Origin: Patescibacteria group bacterium
GTDB lineage: Bacteria; Patescibacteriota; Minisyncoccia; 2-02-FULL-40-12
Length of the DNA: 52,759 bases
Assembly: GCA_038062015.1 (NCBI GenBank)
Contig: JBBTXZ010000010.1
Coordinates: 1-52,759 of the forward strand
Reading direction: 5' to 3'
Made by a program: the position numbers and the translations under genes. Of this stretch, positions 9,519-19,642 are shown one piece after another; position 1 is the stretch's first letter; every line of letters starts with the position of its first letter. The notes beneath the pieces were generated by a model that saw only the letters and a list, made by a program, of their open reading frames with translations, was not told the DNA's origin and ran no database searches.

Positions 9519-10748
9519 ATGGAATTTTTATATCAGGCAAAAAATAAAGCCGGACAGGTGGCTGAAGGCATAATTGAAGCCCATGATGAAAACGAGGCTG
9601 TTTCTGTTTTGCACAATCAAGGGTTTATAATTTTAGCCCTGGAGCCGAAAGAAAGGGGCCTTTTAAGAAAAGATGTCGGAACGATTTTAATAAAACCATC
9701 AAGTCGGGACATTGTCTTTTTTTCAAGACAACTCGCCACTTTAATTGACGCCGACGTTCCCTTGGTCGGCGCTTTAGGTACTTTAGCCGAGCAAGCCTCT
9801 AATCCGGCTTTTAAAAAGATTTTGCAGGATGTGACTGAAATGGTTGATGCCGGGAGCTCGCTTTCCAAGGCTTTGGCCAAGTACCCGAAAATTTTCTCCG
9901 ACTTTTTTATAAGTTTGGTAAAATCAGGCGAAACAGCCGGGAAACTTCATGAAGTTTCCAATTATTTGGCTGATTATTTGGAAAAGCAGGCCGAAATAAA
10001 ATCAAAAACCATGGGGGCCTTGATTTATCCGGCCTTTTTGTTTTTGGCGGTCGTCGCCGTTTTTATAGTTTTGTTTTTCGGCTTTCCTTTGCTTGATTTG
10101 CCGCCGGTTATCCCCCAGATTTTGTCCATTGTTCAGGAAGCGGGAGTGGAAGATTTGCCTTTGACCACCCGTTCTTTGATTTTTGTAAATACCCTTCTTC
10201 TTAATTATTGGTATTTGATCTTAGGCCTTTTGGCCATATTGGGTTTTTGGCTTTTTAACTACTTAAAGACGCCCGAGGGTTTGGAAAAATATGATCAACT
10301 GAAACTTAAACTGCCTTTTTTGAAAAAAGCGATTCAGGGAATATATCTGGCCAGGATGAGCGAGACTCTGGCCACCTTGGTTAAAGCCGGTGTGCCGATT
10401 TTGGATTCTTTGGATATAACTTCAACCGTAGTCGGCAACAAAGTTTATGAGAAAATCATTTTGGAGGCGAAAACCGAAGTCAGCCGGGGAGCTAAAATTT
10501 CTGAAGTCTTCATAAAATATCCGACCGTGATTCCGCCGATCATCACCCAGATGATTACCATCGGCGAAAAGACCGGCAAGCTGGATTTGATTCTGGAGCA
10601 TATCTCTCGTTTTTATTCCAACGAAGCCGACGCTATTATCCGGAATTTACCTTCAATTATCGAGCCTGTGATAATTTTGATTTTCGGGGCGATAGTGTTT
10701 ATAATTGTATCTGGCGTGTTATTACCGTTATTTAGTATTATTAGGTAA
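9519..10748 (+). CDS. pilC: Inner-membrane platform protein PilC/GspF
   Basis: FSRQLATLI, GETAGKL, GEKTGKLD, IEP motifs. Confidence 0.96.
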   Translation: MEFLYQAKNKAGQVAEGIIEAHDENEAVSVLHNQGFIILALEPKERGLLRKDVGTILIKPSSRDIVFFSRQLATLIDADVPLVGALGTLAEQASNPAFKKILQDVTEMVDAGSSLSKALAKYPKIFSDFFISLVKSGETAGKLHEVSNYLADYLEKQAEIKSKTMGALIYPAFLFLAVVAVFIVLFFGFPLLDLPPVIPQILSIVQEAGVEDLPLTTRSLIFVNTLLLNYWYLILGLLAILGFWLFNYLKTPEGLEKYDQLKLKLPFLKKAIQGIYLARMSETLATLVKAGVPILDSLDITSTVVGNKVYEKIILEAKTEVSRGAKISEVFIKYPTVIPPIITQMITIGEKTGKLDLILEHISRFYSNEADAIIRNLPSIIEPVIILIFGAIVFIIVSGVLLPLFSIIR

Positions 10749-10778
10749 GGTCGATATAATTAAAATTAGAAAAACAGT

Positions 10779-11321
10779 ATGAATAAATTGATTTTAAGAA
10801 AAGAAAAAGGTTTTACTCTGGTTGAGCTTTTAGTGGTTATCGCCATCATCGGCGTTTTAGCCACTTTGCTTTTGCTTCAGCTTGGCGGAGCCAGAGCCAA
10901 AGCCCGGGATGCTAAAAGGATTTCTGATATCTCCCAGATAAGAACGGCCATTGAACAGTATTTTGACGATAATTCCGGTTCTTATCCGGCTATGAGTCTT
11001 TACGACATTTCTGATCCGTTGAAGCCTTATCTTGGAACCGGAAGAATGGCAGGCACCCTTGATCCTTTGGACCAAGCCCAATACGGGTATGCAACGGCGC
11101 CGGCGATTTCAACCAAGATTTTGCGATATCAGGTTTGGGTGGAAATGGAGAATGGCAACCCGGCTTTAAAGAGCGACGACGACATCACTACGACCGGCTG
11201 GACCGCAAGATCAACCGGCCGAATGGGAGTTTTGACCAACGGAGCTGACCCGGCTACAGGCAGTTGCGCCGACAATGATATCTCCAACAATAACTGTATA
11301 TTTGACGTTGGCATAAAATAA
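10779..11321 (+). CDS. Type IV (major-type) pilin
   Basis: KGFTLVELLVVIAIIGVLA class III signal; ARAKARDAKRISD helix. Confidence 0.93.
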   Translation: MNKLILRKEKGFTLVELLVVIAIIGVLATLLLLQLGGARAKARDAKRISDISQIRTAIEQYFDDNSGSYPAMSLYDISDPLKPYLGTGRMAGTLDPLDQAQYGYATAPAISTKILRYQVWVEMENGNPALKSDDDITTTGWTARSTGRMGVLTNGADPATGSCADNDISNNNCIFDVGIK

Positions 11322-11339
11322 TTCAATAAGACCAATTGG

Positions 11340-11408
11340 ACCCCGTTAGAGGTAACCTCGCTTGGCGGAATATCGATTCAAGTTTGTGAATTGGACCTCT
11401 AACGGGGT
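11340..11408. mobile_element. 69-bp MITE-like palindromic element (CCCGTTAGA family)
   Basis: 14-bp IR ACCCCGTTAGAGGT/ACCTCTAACGGGGT flanked by GG duplication; interrupts a short ACCAAT repeat tract. Confidence 0.75.
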
Positions 11409-11452
11409 GGACCAATAAGACCGATTGGACTGATTGGTCTTATTTGGTTAGT

Positions 11453-12256
11453 ATGAGTTTTTTAATTTTTATTTTTGGTTTGGCAATCGGTAGTTTTTTG
11501 AATGTTCTGATCTTCCGACTGCCCGAAAACAAAACCATTTTAGGTTTTTCAAAATGCCCCGGTTGCCGGAAGAGAATTAGCTGGTATGATAATATCCCGG
11601 TTTTAAGTTTTTTGTTTTTGAAGGGCCGTTGCCGCCGCTGCAAATCAAAGATTTCTTGGCAATATCCTTTAGTTGAACTTTTGACCGGCGTTTTGTTTTT
11701 GGTTTATTTTTTGACTCGTTTCCGGGGCGATGGTTCTTTCAGCTCTTTAATCTACGGACTTTTTATCATTTCTTTACTGATCGTAATCGGGGTTATAGAT
11801 TTTAAGCATTTCATTATTTTTAATAAACTTGTTTTAACGGGGTTTATTGCGGCAGTTCTCATTCTTCTATTTTTTCCTTTTTATTCAATTGCCGGCGGAG
11901 ACGTTATGATGATTGAACCTTTTTGTTCTATTGTCAGCTGTTTCCCTGAAAACTCTTTTTACGGTCTGTTTTTTTTCGCCGGGATTCTTTTATTTATATT
12001 TTTAATTTCAAAAGGCCGTTGGCTTGGTTTTGGAGATGTAAGTGTAGGGGCCCTATTAGGCTTTACCTTTGGCCTTAAAAATTCAATCAATGTCTTTTAT
12101 CTCACCTTTTTTATCGGTTTTATTATTGCTATAATATTATTGGTTTTCAAAAAGGCCGGTTTAAAATCAAAGGTGCCATTGGGCTCTCTGATGGCTCTAG
12201 CCAGCATCTTATTTTTACTATCCGGTTTTAATCTATTAGATTTTCTTGGGCTATGA
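11453..12256 (+). CDS. pilD: Prepilin peptidase
   Basis: GSFLNV.I.RLP, S.CP.C..WYDNIPVLS..L.GRCR.C, ID, G.GD catalytic motifs. Confidence 0.95.
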   Translation: MSFLIFIFGLAIGSFLNVLIFRLPENKTILGFSKCPGCRKRISWYDNIPVLSFLFLKGRCRRCKSKISWQYPLVELLTGVLFLVYFLTRFRGDGSFSSLIYGLFIISLLIVIGVIDFKHFIIFNKLVLTGFIAAVLILLFFPFYSIAGGDVMMIEPFCSIVSCFPENSFYGLFFFAGILLFIFLISKGRWLGFGDVSVGALLGFTFGLKNSINVFYLTFFIGFIIAIILLVFKKAGLKSKVPLGSLMALASILFLLSGFNLLDFLGL

Positions 12257-12696
12257 TGGCTAAATTAAAGAAGAAAAACAGGTATGTTATTTTTAAAAGC
12301 CGCGATTTTTGGCTGGTTATATTAGTTTTGATTTACGGTTTTTATTCCGGTTTATTCGGCGATTTGTTTAATTATTCAATTAATGGATGGGGATCTTTAA
12401 ATTCGGCCAGAATTGAAATTGACTATGGAATAAAGCGTCGGGCTTTTGAAGGCGATGTTCTGTTGGATATGTCTATACTTGACGCTCTTTTAGCCGCCTC
12501 CCGCGGCGGCGATTTCGAGATTCGCTACGTCCTTTTAAGAGATAAGACCGATATTATGAAAATAAACGGCTTATCCGAAGACGGCCTTAATGGAAAAAGA
12601 TGGCTTTTTTACTTGAATGGAGAAGAGATTCGGGCTGATGAAATCCATAAAATTAAAGTAAAGCCCGGCGATAAGATTTTAGCCGAGTTCAAGTAA
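12253..12696 (+). CDS. Membrane-anchored DUF4430-like protein
   Basis: TM then SILDAL..I.KING...W.FYLNG...VKPGDKI motif. Confidence 0.7.
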   Translation: MMAKLKKKNRYVIFKSRDFWLVILVLIYGFYSGLFGDLFNYSINGWGSLNSARIEIDYGIKRRAFEGDVLLDMSILDALLAASRGGDFEIRYVLLRDKTDIMKINGLSEDGLNGKRWLFYLNGEEIRADEIHKIKVKPGDKILAEFK

Positions 12697-13275
12697 ATGA
12701 AAAATGGTTTTGCCCCATACGAAACAAAGGCACGCTGCGAGCCCTCGCGGTTTCGTTCAGGGTTTACTCTGATTGAAATGCTTGTTTCTATTTTTATCAT
12801 CGGTGTTTTAAGCGCCGCGCTACTTTTGAATTACCGGAGCGGCCAGAACGAAGCGTTTTTAACCCGGGCCGCCGCTGTCTTTGAAACGGATTTAAGAGGA
12901 GCTCAAAATCTGGCCATATCCAGTAGAGAATCCAACGGTCTGGTTCCCTGTGGATACGGCCTCCACTATGTAGATAACAGAAGATATTCTATTTATGCCG
13001 GTCAGCGAAGCGGCGCCTCAAGTTGCCAAACCTCAAATCAAAACTACCAATCCGGTCTGGATTCAGTTTATGAGGAAAATCAAATTATTGAATCTGCTGT
13101 GATTTTTAAAACCAGCTGGCCAGATATTTTTTTTGAGCCGCCTGACCCAAGTGTTTATATCAATAAAATTAAATTAGTCGGTACTTCGGCTACGATCCAA
13201 TTTTGTCTGGAAAATGATTTAACCAAGTGTCGGAATTTAACTGTTGATACGGCTGGAAGAATAGCAACCCAATAA
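12697..13275 (+). CDS. Minor pilin (FimT/GspH-like) with duplicated GF leader motif
   Basis: GFTLIEMLV; DLR.AQ.LA..; YGLH; 54-nt palindromic insert in leader. Confidence 0.88.
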   Translation: MKNGFAPYETKARCEPSRFRSGFTLIEMLVSIFIIGVLSAALLLNYRSGQNEAFLTRAAAVFETDLRGAQNLAISSRESNGLVPCGYGLHYVDNRRYSIYAGQRSGASSCQTSNQNYQSGLDSVYEENQIIESAVIFKTSWPDIFFEPPDPSVYINKIKLVGTSATIQFCLENDLTKCRNLTVDTAGRIATQ

Positions 13276-13332
13276 GGGCTTTGTCTAAATTTTCAAGTTT
13301 GAAGAACGTAGAAAATTTAGCTACAAAACCTT

Positions 13333-13434
13333 ACCGAGCACATAATCTATTTCTATGAATTATATGTCTTACTCAATTAATGATAAAAAAAAGCTAAAAA
13401 AAGGTTTATTAAAAAAGAAAAATTATGTGCTCGG
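13333..13434 (+). mobile_element. Internally deleted derivative of the GIY-YIG IR element
   Basis: Same termini as 39020-39284 (ACCGAGCACATAAT ... ATTATGTGCTCGG) with flanking hairpins, but only about 100 bp long. Confidence 0.8.
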
Positions 13435-13948
13435 CGCTCAATTTTGTGGTTGTTCGCTTCGCTCACAAACAAAATTGGCAGGCTTTACTTTAATTGAAGT
13501 AATTGTTGCCATTGGAATAATTTCTTCTGTTACTGTCGGGGCAATATCCGGCATAAGTTTGAGTTTATCAAGCGCCGCCAGAATCAAAAATAATCTGATT
13601 GCCGCCAATCTGGCCCAAGAGGGATTGGAAATCACAAGAAGCATCAGGGATAGAGATTGGCATTTGGGGAATAGTTTTGGCGCCTCCTTGGCTAATGGAA
13701 TTTATATTGTTGATTGGAGTTCGCAATCTTTAATCTCTTTTTCCGATACATTTTTGAAAATTGATTCTAACGGTTTTTATAATTATGCTTTGGGCCAGGA
13801 TACAATTTTCAAAAGGAAAATAACTATTGAAAATTCGAGCCAAAATCCAGCTACGGTTGAGAAAACGGCAAAGGTTGAAATTTCATGGCAGGAGAAAAGC
13901 GGCCCTAAATTAATCCAAGCAGAATTAAGATTATTCAATTGGCGATAA
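13355..13948 (+). CDS. Minor pilin (PilV-like); start codon supplied by inserted element
   Basis: GFTLIEVIVAI, A.NLAQEGLE..RSIRD, ends LFNWR. Confidence 0.88.
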   Translation: MNYMSYSINDKKKLKKGLLKKKNYVLGAQFCGCSLRSQTKLAGFTLIEVIVAIGIISSVTVGAISGISLSLSSAARIKNNLIAANLAQEGLEITRSIRDRDWHLGNSFGASLANGIYIVDWSSQSLISFSDTFLKIDSNGFYNYALGQDTIFKRKITIENSSQNPATVEKTAKVEISWQEKSGPKLIQAELRLFNWR

Positions 13949-14457
13949 TGAGCAAAAAAGGCTTTACTTTAGTGGAACTTATTGTTGCGGTATTTATATT
14001 TTCGGTTTTGATGGTTATTGCCGTCGGTTCTTTTGTCAGTGCTTTAAGCTTGCAACGGCGGGCCTTGAATATTAAGAAAGTTGAAGAGAATAGCCGGTTT
14101 ATCTTGGAGCTTATGGCAAGAGAAATCCGAGTGGCAAATCCAATCAATACTACCGATAACGGCTGTCCGGGTTCTGGAACCTCAATTTTAACTTTTCAGC
14201 ATCCGGTAAATGGCTTAATTGAATATTCTTTGTCCGGGAATCAGGTTCATCGAAAAGTTGATGGGGCGGACAGTATAATTTCAAATCCAGACATAGAGGT
14301 TTCACGGCTGACTTTTTGTGTATCGGGCAATGCTGTCAGTGATGATAGGCAGCCAAGAGTGACAATAATTTTAAGTTTGAAAACCGGCGGTGCCGCGGCT
14401 GAAAAAGCTAACATAGATTTACAAACCACCGCGTCGCAGAGAGTTTTAAGCGATTAA
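13948..14457 (+). CDS. Minor pilin (PilW-like)
   Basis: MSKKGFTLVELIV, RF.LE.MAREIR, QPRVTI, LQTT.SQR. Confidence 0.9.
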   Translation: MSKKGFTLVELIVAVFIFSVLMVIAVGSFVSALSLQRRALNIKKVEENSRFILELMAREIRVANPINTTDNGCPGSGTSILTFQHPVNGLIEYSLSGNQVHRKVDGADSIISNPDIEVSRLTFCVSGNAVSDDRQPRVTIILSLKTGGAAAEKANIDLQTTASQRVLSD

Positions 14458-14463
14458 TTATTT

Positions 14464-15120
14464 ATGAATCCCGTTAGAAATAAAAAATCAGAGATTTTTG
14501 CCGGCGCGCCAAAGGCGAGTCGGATTTCTAACGGGATGAAAGGAACAGCTTTGATTTATGTAATACTGACCGTTGGAGTTATCTTAGGCATTGTTTTCTT
14601 TACGACGGCTATTTTTGCTTCAAAATTAAGATTGGCTTTTGATTTTCCAAGCTCTGTCACTGCTTTGTATTCAGCCGAAAGCGGATTAGAGTGGCAGCTT
14701 TATAATACTTTTAAAGATCCGGATGCCAATCAGCCGGTATTAACTAATGGGTCTACTTTTACGACTTCGGTTTCACCGCTCAAATCAATTGGTAAATTCC
14801 GTGGAGTTAGCCGTTCTTTTGAGATAAGTTCCGGTATTGTCCCTTCTCCGACGCCTACACCCATTCCAACGCCGACGCCTCCGCCAGGGCCGCCTTGGAA
14901 TTGCAGTATTTGCGGGGGAATACAAGAAGGGACGCCGAGCGATCCGTTCTGCTATGCCCGCAATGTCTGCGAAACAGAATTTAGTATTTCTAATTTCCAC
15001 TCGTGCTTAGGGGCTCAAGGCGGATTTGACTGTTCAAGTAATAAGACATGCGCGAATTGCTGTGGCGACGGCGTCAGATTTGATAGATTTGACGTCTGGT
15101 GCCGGATGCCTGCCTATTGA
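14464..15120 (+). CDS. PilX-like minor pilin with Pro/Thr linker and 10-Cys C-terminal domain
   Basis: KGTALIY, ALYSAESGLE, SIG.F....RSFE; PSPTPTPIPTPTPPP linker. Confidence 0.82.
   Translation: MNPVRNKKSEIFAGAPKASRISNGMKGTALIYVILTVGVILGIVFFTTAIFASKLRLAFDFPSSVTALYSAESGLEWQLYNTFKDPDANQPVLTNGSTFTTSVSPLKSIGKFRGVSRSFEISSGIVPSPTPTPIPTPTPPPGPPWNCSICGGIQEGTPSDPFCYARNVCETEFSISNFHSCLGAQGGFDCSSNKTCANCCGDGVRFDRFDVWCRMPAY
14468..14537. mobile_element. 70-bp MITE-like palindromic element (CCCGTTAGA family), in frame
   Basis: 14-bp IR ATCCCGTTAGAAAT/ATTTCTAACGGGAT with GA duplication; adds 24 codons (MNPVRN...ISNG) before MKG. Confidence 0.85.
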
Positions 15121-15156
15121 TTTTACTGGCAGTTAATATTATTAAAGGGCTTAACT

Positions 15157-17169
15157 ATGGCTGTAGGAAATTTTTCAAAAAGCGAAGCCGGGCTAAGAAT
15201 AAAAAAACTCAAAAAACTGATAAACAAATACCGTTACCACCGGCTGGTTTTAGATAAGCCGTTGATTTCGGAACAGGCCGAGGATTTCTTGAAAAAGGAA
15301 CTTTTTGATTTAGAGCAAAAGTTCCCCGGCCTTATCACTCCTGATTCGCCATCGCAACGTGTCGGCGGTAAAGCCCTTGAAAAATTCAAAAAGATTCAGC
15401 ATCCAGAACCGATGCTTTCTTTTAACGACGCTTTTTCAAAAGAGGACATGGCTGACTGGGTTGAAAGACAGGAGCGTCTCTTTAAAGGAGCGGTTAAGGG
15501 CGGCTATTATGTTGAACTTAAAATTGACGGTTTGGCTATCGAGCTTATTTACCGAAACGGCATTTTGGAAACTGGCTCAACCAGGGGAGATGGCTTGATC
15601 GGCGAAGACATTACTGCTAATTTAAAAACAGTTGAGGCAATTCCTTTAAAACTATTAGGCAAAGAATGGCCTAGGGAGCTAGTCGTCAGGGGAGAGGTCT
15701 TTATGAATAAAAGGGAATTTAACCGGCTGAATCTGGAGCTAAAAAAAAAGAAAGAAAAAGTATACGCTAATCCTAGAAACCTGGCGGCTGGTTCGATCAG
15801 GCAGCTTGATCCCAAAATTACTGCTTCCCGAAAGTTAAATTCTTTTACTTATGCTTTGGTTACTGATTTAGGGCAGAAAAATCATGAAGAGGAACACTTG
15901 ATTCTTGAGGATTTTGGTTTTCCGGTAAATCCTCATAATAAATTTGTCAAAGATTTAGAGGAAGTCGAGAAATTTAGAAATTACTGGGAGAAAAACCGGG
16001 GGAAGATTGATTATGAAATTGATGGCATAGTCGTAACAATTAACGATAATGAGATTTTTAGTAAGCTTGGCGTGGTTGGCAAGTCGTCCCGCGGAGCGAT
16101 TGCTTATAAATTTTCGCCCAGAGAATCCACGACCAAAGTCAAGGGTATTACTATCTCGGTCGGACGGACCGGCGTTTTAACCCCAATTGCGATTTTGGAA
16201 CCAGTTGAAATCGGCGGAGTCCGAGTTAGCCGGGCAACTTTACACAATGAAGATGAGATTAAAAGACTAGGAATAAAAATTGGCGATACGGTCGTGGTCG
16301 GCCGGGCCGGCGATGTGATTCCTGACGTGATCAAGGTTTTGAAAGAGTTGAGAACCGGCAAAGAAAAAGAGTTCCGTATGCCAAAGCGTTGTCCGATTTG
16401 CGGGGGTTCGGTTAAAAGGATTGAAGGCGAGGCGGCTCATCGCTGCGTCAATAAAAATTGCCCGGCAATCAAGAGGGAAGCGATCTACCATTATACTGGA
16501 AGGAACACAATGGATATTGCCGGCGTTGGGCCGAAAATTATTGATAGTCTTATGGATGCAGGATTAATCAAAGACGCGCCCGATTTGTATTTTTTGAAAA
16601 AAGAAGATTTATTAAATCTACCCCGTTTCGCTGAAAAATTAGCCGAGAATACAGTCAATTCTATTCAGGGGAATAAAAATCCATCTTTAGATAAATTTAT
16701 TTTTGCTTTGGGAATCCGCCATGTCGGCGAAGAAACCGCTTTTGATTTGGCTAAAAAATTCGGGAGCATTAAAGAATTGGTCGATGCTTCCCTGGAAACA
16801 CTGTCCAAAATTCCAAACATCGGCGAAGTCGTGGCTAAAAGCGTTTATGAGTGGTTCCGGAATAAATATAATCTGAATCTTTTAGCCAAGTTTAAAAAAG
16901 CCGGAGTCCGGCCGAAAGAATTCAAAGTTGCCAAAACGATGACCAGGCTGGCCGGAAAAATTTTTGTTTTAACCGGCGGACTTGAGTCAATGACCCGTGA
17001 AGAAGTTAAAGAAAGAATCCGGGAGCTTGGCGGCGATATTTCGTCCGATGTTTCTAAAAATGTTGATTATGTCGTAGCCGGTCTAGAACCAGGCTCAAAA
17101 TATGAAAAAGCAAAAAAGCTGGGGGTAAAGGTAATCAGCGAGAAAGAGTTTCTAAGTATGATAAAATAG
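15157..17169 (+). CDS. ligA: NAD-dependent DNA ligase
   Basis: ELKIDG adenylation motif, STRGDG, NPRNLAAGS, Zn finger, BRCT. Confidence 0.98.
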   Translation: MAVGNFSKSEAGLRIKKLKKLINKYRYHRLVLDKPLISEQAEDFLKKELFDLEQKFPGLITPDSPSQRVGGKALEKFKKIQHPEPMLSFNDAFSKEDMADWVERQERLFKGAVKGGYYVELKIDGLAIELIYRNGILETGSTRGDGLIGEDITANLKTVEAIPLKLLGKEWPRELVVRGEVFMNKREFNRLNLELKKKKEKVYANPRNLAAGSIRQLDPKITASRKLNSFTYALVTDLGQKNHEEEHLILEDFGFPVNPHNKFVKDLEEVEKFRNYWEKNRGKIDYEIDGIVVTINDNEIFSKLGVVGKSSRGAIAYKFSPRESTTKVKGITISVGRTGVLTPIAILEPVEIGGVRVSRATLHNEDEIKRLGIKIGDTVVVGRAGDVIPDVIKVLKELRTGKEKEFRMPKRCPICGGSVKRIEGEAAHRCVNKNCPAIKREAIYHYTGRNTMDIAGVGPKIIDSLMDAGLIKDAPDLYFLKKEDLLNLPRFAEKLAENTVNSIQGNKNPSLDKFIFALGIRHVGEETAFDLAKKFGSIKELVDASLETLSKIPNIGEVVAKSVYEWFRNKYNLNLLAKFKKAGVRPKEFKVAKTMTRLAGKIFVLTGGLESMTREEVKERIRELGGDISSDVSKNVDYVVAGLEPGSKYEKAKKLGVKVISEKEFLSMIK

Positions 17170-17177
17170 CGATATCT

Positions 17178-17477
17178 ATGTCATTAAGTAAAATGGAAAT
17201 CGAACATATTGCAAAGTTGGCCCGTCTGGGGCTAAGCGAAAAAGAAAAAGAAAAATTATCTCAAGAATTGAGCGGCATTTTGGATTATATGAAAAAGTTA
17301 AATGAAATTGATACTAAAAATGTAGAACCCACTGCCCAGGTTAGTGGATTATTAAATATTTTTAGAAGCGATGGTTCGCCCCAAAAGATAGATGTCGAAA
17401 GAATAAAAAAGATAATCAGTCAAGCCCCCGAAAGAGAGGATAATTTCGTAAAAACCAAACCGATACTGGGACGCTAA
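17178..17477 (+). CDS. gatC: Asp/Glu-tRNA amidotransferase subunit C
   Basis: IEHIAKLARL, IDT.NVEPT; precedes gatA. Confidence 0.95.
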   Translation: MSLSKMEIEHIAKLARLGLSEKEKEKLSQELSGILDYMKKLNEIDTKNVEPTAQVSGLLNIFRSDGSPQKIDVERIKKIISQAPEREDNFVKTKPILGR

Positions 17478-17512
17478 GCGTTCCTTACTATCATGCTTAG
17501 CGTGATGGAAAA

Positions 17513-18913
17513 ATGACAGATATCAAAAAATTAACCATCAAAGATACTATCAAAGCCTTTAAGGAAAAAGAGTTTTCTTCTGAAGAATTAAGGCGCGAAT
17601 TTTTAAAGTCGATAAAAAAAGAAAATAAGGAGCTTAATGCGTATTTAAGCGTTTTTGAAAAAGAGGCGTTAAATGAAAAAAACGATGGCGTTTTTTCGGG
17701 CGTTCCCTGCGCCGTCAAAGACAATATATTGATAGAAGATACGATTTGTACCGCCGGATCAAAAATTCTTGGAAATTATGTTTCAACTTATGACGCCACG
17801 GTGATAAAAAAACTCCGCGAGGCCGGAGCGGTTTTTTTGGGGAAAACCAATCTGGATGAATTTGCCATGGGATCTTCAACCGAAAATTCCGCTTTTGGGC
17901 CGACTAAAAATCCGCATGACCTGACTCGCGTTCCCGGCGGTTCATCCGGCGGTTCAGCAGCGGCAGTTGCCGCGGGCCTTGCCGTTTTTGCTTTAGGTTC
18001 TGATACCGGCGGTTCAATCCGTTTCCCGGCCAGTTTTTGCGGCGTTGTCGGGTTAAAGCCGACCTATGGCCGGGTATCCAGACGCGGTTTGATGGCTATG
18101 GCCTCGTCTTTAGATCAGATTGGGACTTTGACCAAAAATGTTTATGATGCGGCTTTGGTCTTAAATATCATCGCCGGCCGGGATGAATTTGATTCAACAA
18201 CAGTTATGGGGAAGGTTCCTGATTACACCGACGGCATAGACAAGTCGATCAAGGGCTTAAAAATCGGCGTGCCAAAAGAATATTTTGGCGAGGGGTTGGA
18301 CGATGAAGTGAAGAATTCAATAAATAAAGCGATTTCAAAACTGCAAAATTTGGGAGCCGAAATTATTGATATTTCTCTGCCTCATTCAGAATATGCCCTC
18401 GCCGCTTACTATATAATTATGCCTTGCGAGGCTTCGGCTAATTTAGCTCGTTATGACGGGATAAAGTACGGATTTTCCGAGGCGGGCAAAGTAAATAACT
18501 TGCTGGATGTTTATCTTGGAAGCAGGGGAAATGGCTTTGGCGAGGAAGCCAGGAGAAGGATAATGCTTGGCACTTATGCCTTGTCAGCCGGCTATTACGA
18601 CGCCTATTATAGAAAAGCTCAACAGATCCGGACATTGGTTAAGAATGACTTTGATGAAGCATTTAAAAAAGTTGATGTGATTATTGGTCCGACTGCGCCG
18701 ACAGTCGCCTTTAAGTTGGGAGAAAAAACAGCTGATCCCTTAGAAATGTATCTTTCAGATATTTATACCGTAGCCATTAATTTAGCCGGAGTCCCGGCAA
18801 TAAGCATTCCCTGTGGCTTTATAAATAAATTACCAGTTGGTTTGCAAATTATCGGCAGGCATTTTGACGAAGCCACGATTCTAAGAGTCGGACATAATTT
18901 CGAAAATAATTAA
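17513..18913 (+). CDS. gatA: Asp/Glu-tRNA amidotransferase subunit A
   Basis: [38 protein letters not shown] amidase signature. Confidence 0.98.
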   Translation: MTDIKKLTIKDTIKAFKEKEFSSEELRREFLKSIKKENKELNAYLSVFEKEALNEKNDGVFSGVPCAVKDNILIEDTICTAGSKILGNYVSTYDATVIKKLREAGAVFLGKTNLDEFAMGSSTENSAFGPTKNPHDLTRVPGGSSGGSAAAVAAGLAVFALGSDTGGSIRFPASFCGVVGLKPTYGRVSRRGLMAMASSLDQIGTLTKNVYDAALVLNIIAGRDEFDSTTVMGKVPDYTDGIDKSIKGLKIGVPKEYFGEGLDDEVKNSINKAISKLQNLGAEIIDISLPHSEYALAAYYIIMPCEASANLARYDGIKYGFSEAGKVNNLLDVYLGSRGNGFGEEARRRIMLGTYALSAGYYDAYYRKAQQIRTLVKNDFDEAFKKVDVIIGPTAPTVAFKLGEKTADPLEMYLSDIYTVAINLAGVPAISIPCGFINKLPVGLQIIGRHFDEATILRVGHNFENN

Positions 18914-18914
18914 T

Positions 18915-19394
18915 ATGAGTATCGGCGAAGCAGTTACAATTATTTCCTTAATTTTGATTATTGCCTTTGTTTTTTTAATTGTTTTATTTCTTCTAAAAGC
19001 AAAAAAAATAAAGTCGGGAAAGTCCGCCGAAGGCGGATCCGCCTCTGGCGGAAAAGAGGGGAGCGAGGTCAATTTGGAAAAATTGAATCAAAACTGGCAG
19101 GATGTTTTAGACCATTTGAATTCAGCTAATGAAAGCGAGTGGAAGTTGGCGATTATCGAAGCCGATAAAATCATTGATGACTTACTGGTTCAAAAAGGTT
19201 ATCAAGGCGAATCATTGGCGGAGAGGCTTAATATGATAGACAAAAAAAATATGAAAAGCTTTGATCTTTTGTGGGAAGCCCATAAAGTCAGGAACAGAAT
19301 TGCTCACAAACTTGATTTCAGAATAAATCGCAATGAGGCGTTAAGAGTTATTTCTTATTACGAAGAGGCCTTGAAAGACCTACAAACGCTGTAA
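18915..19394 (+). CDS. Conserved membrane-anchored hypothetical protein
   Basis: TM, WKLAIIEADK..D, G.SL.ERL, WEAHKVRNRIAH; carries in-frame SAEGGSASGG palindrome. Confidence 0.85.
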   Translation: MSIGEAVTIISLILIIAFVFLIVLFLLKAKKIKSGKSAEGGSASGGKEGSEVNLEKLNQNWQDVLDHLNSANESEWKLAIIEADKIIDDLLVQKGYQGESLAERLNMIDKKNMKSFDLLWEAHKVRNRIAHKLDFRINRNEALRVISYYEEALKDLQTL

Positions 19395-19399
19395 TTGGT

Positions 19400-19642
19400 T
19401 TATAGTTCTTCAATCACCAGTTTTTTAATTTTAGGTTCAGCCGGCTGAAAAACTTTTTTATCTTTGCTTTCATCTATATCGCCCAGCAGTTTTTCCACGT
19501 CTTCAACTTTATAAACCCGGTAATTATTAATCGGATTTCGATAAGCCTGAAGCTTGCCGCGTTTATCCCAGTTGCGGACGGTTAAAGAGGTAACTCCTAA
19601 AATCTTAGAAACCTGTTTTACGCTTAAAAATTGTTTAGGCAT
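19400..19642 (-). CDS. MerR-type HTH DNA-binding protein
   Basis: LSVKQVSKILGVT..TVRNWDKRGKL..YRNPINNYRVY. Confidence 0.88.
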   Translation of the reverse strand: MPKQFLSVKQVSKILGVTSLTVRNWDKRGKLQAYRNPINNYRVYKVEDVEKLLGDIDESKDKKVFQPAEPKIKKLVIEEL

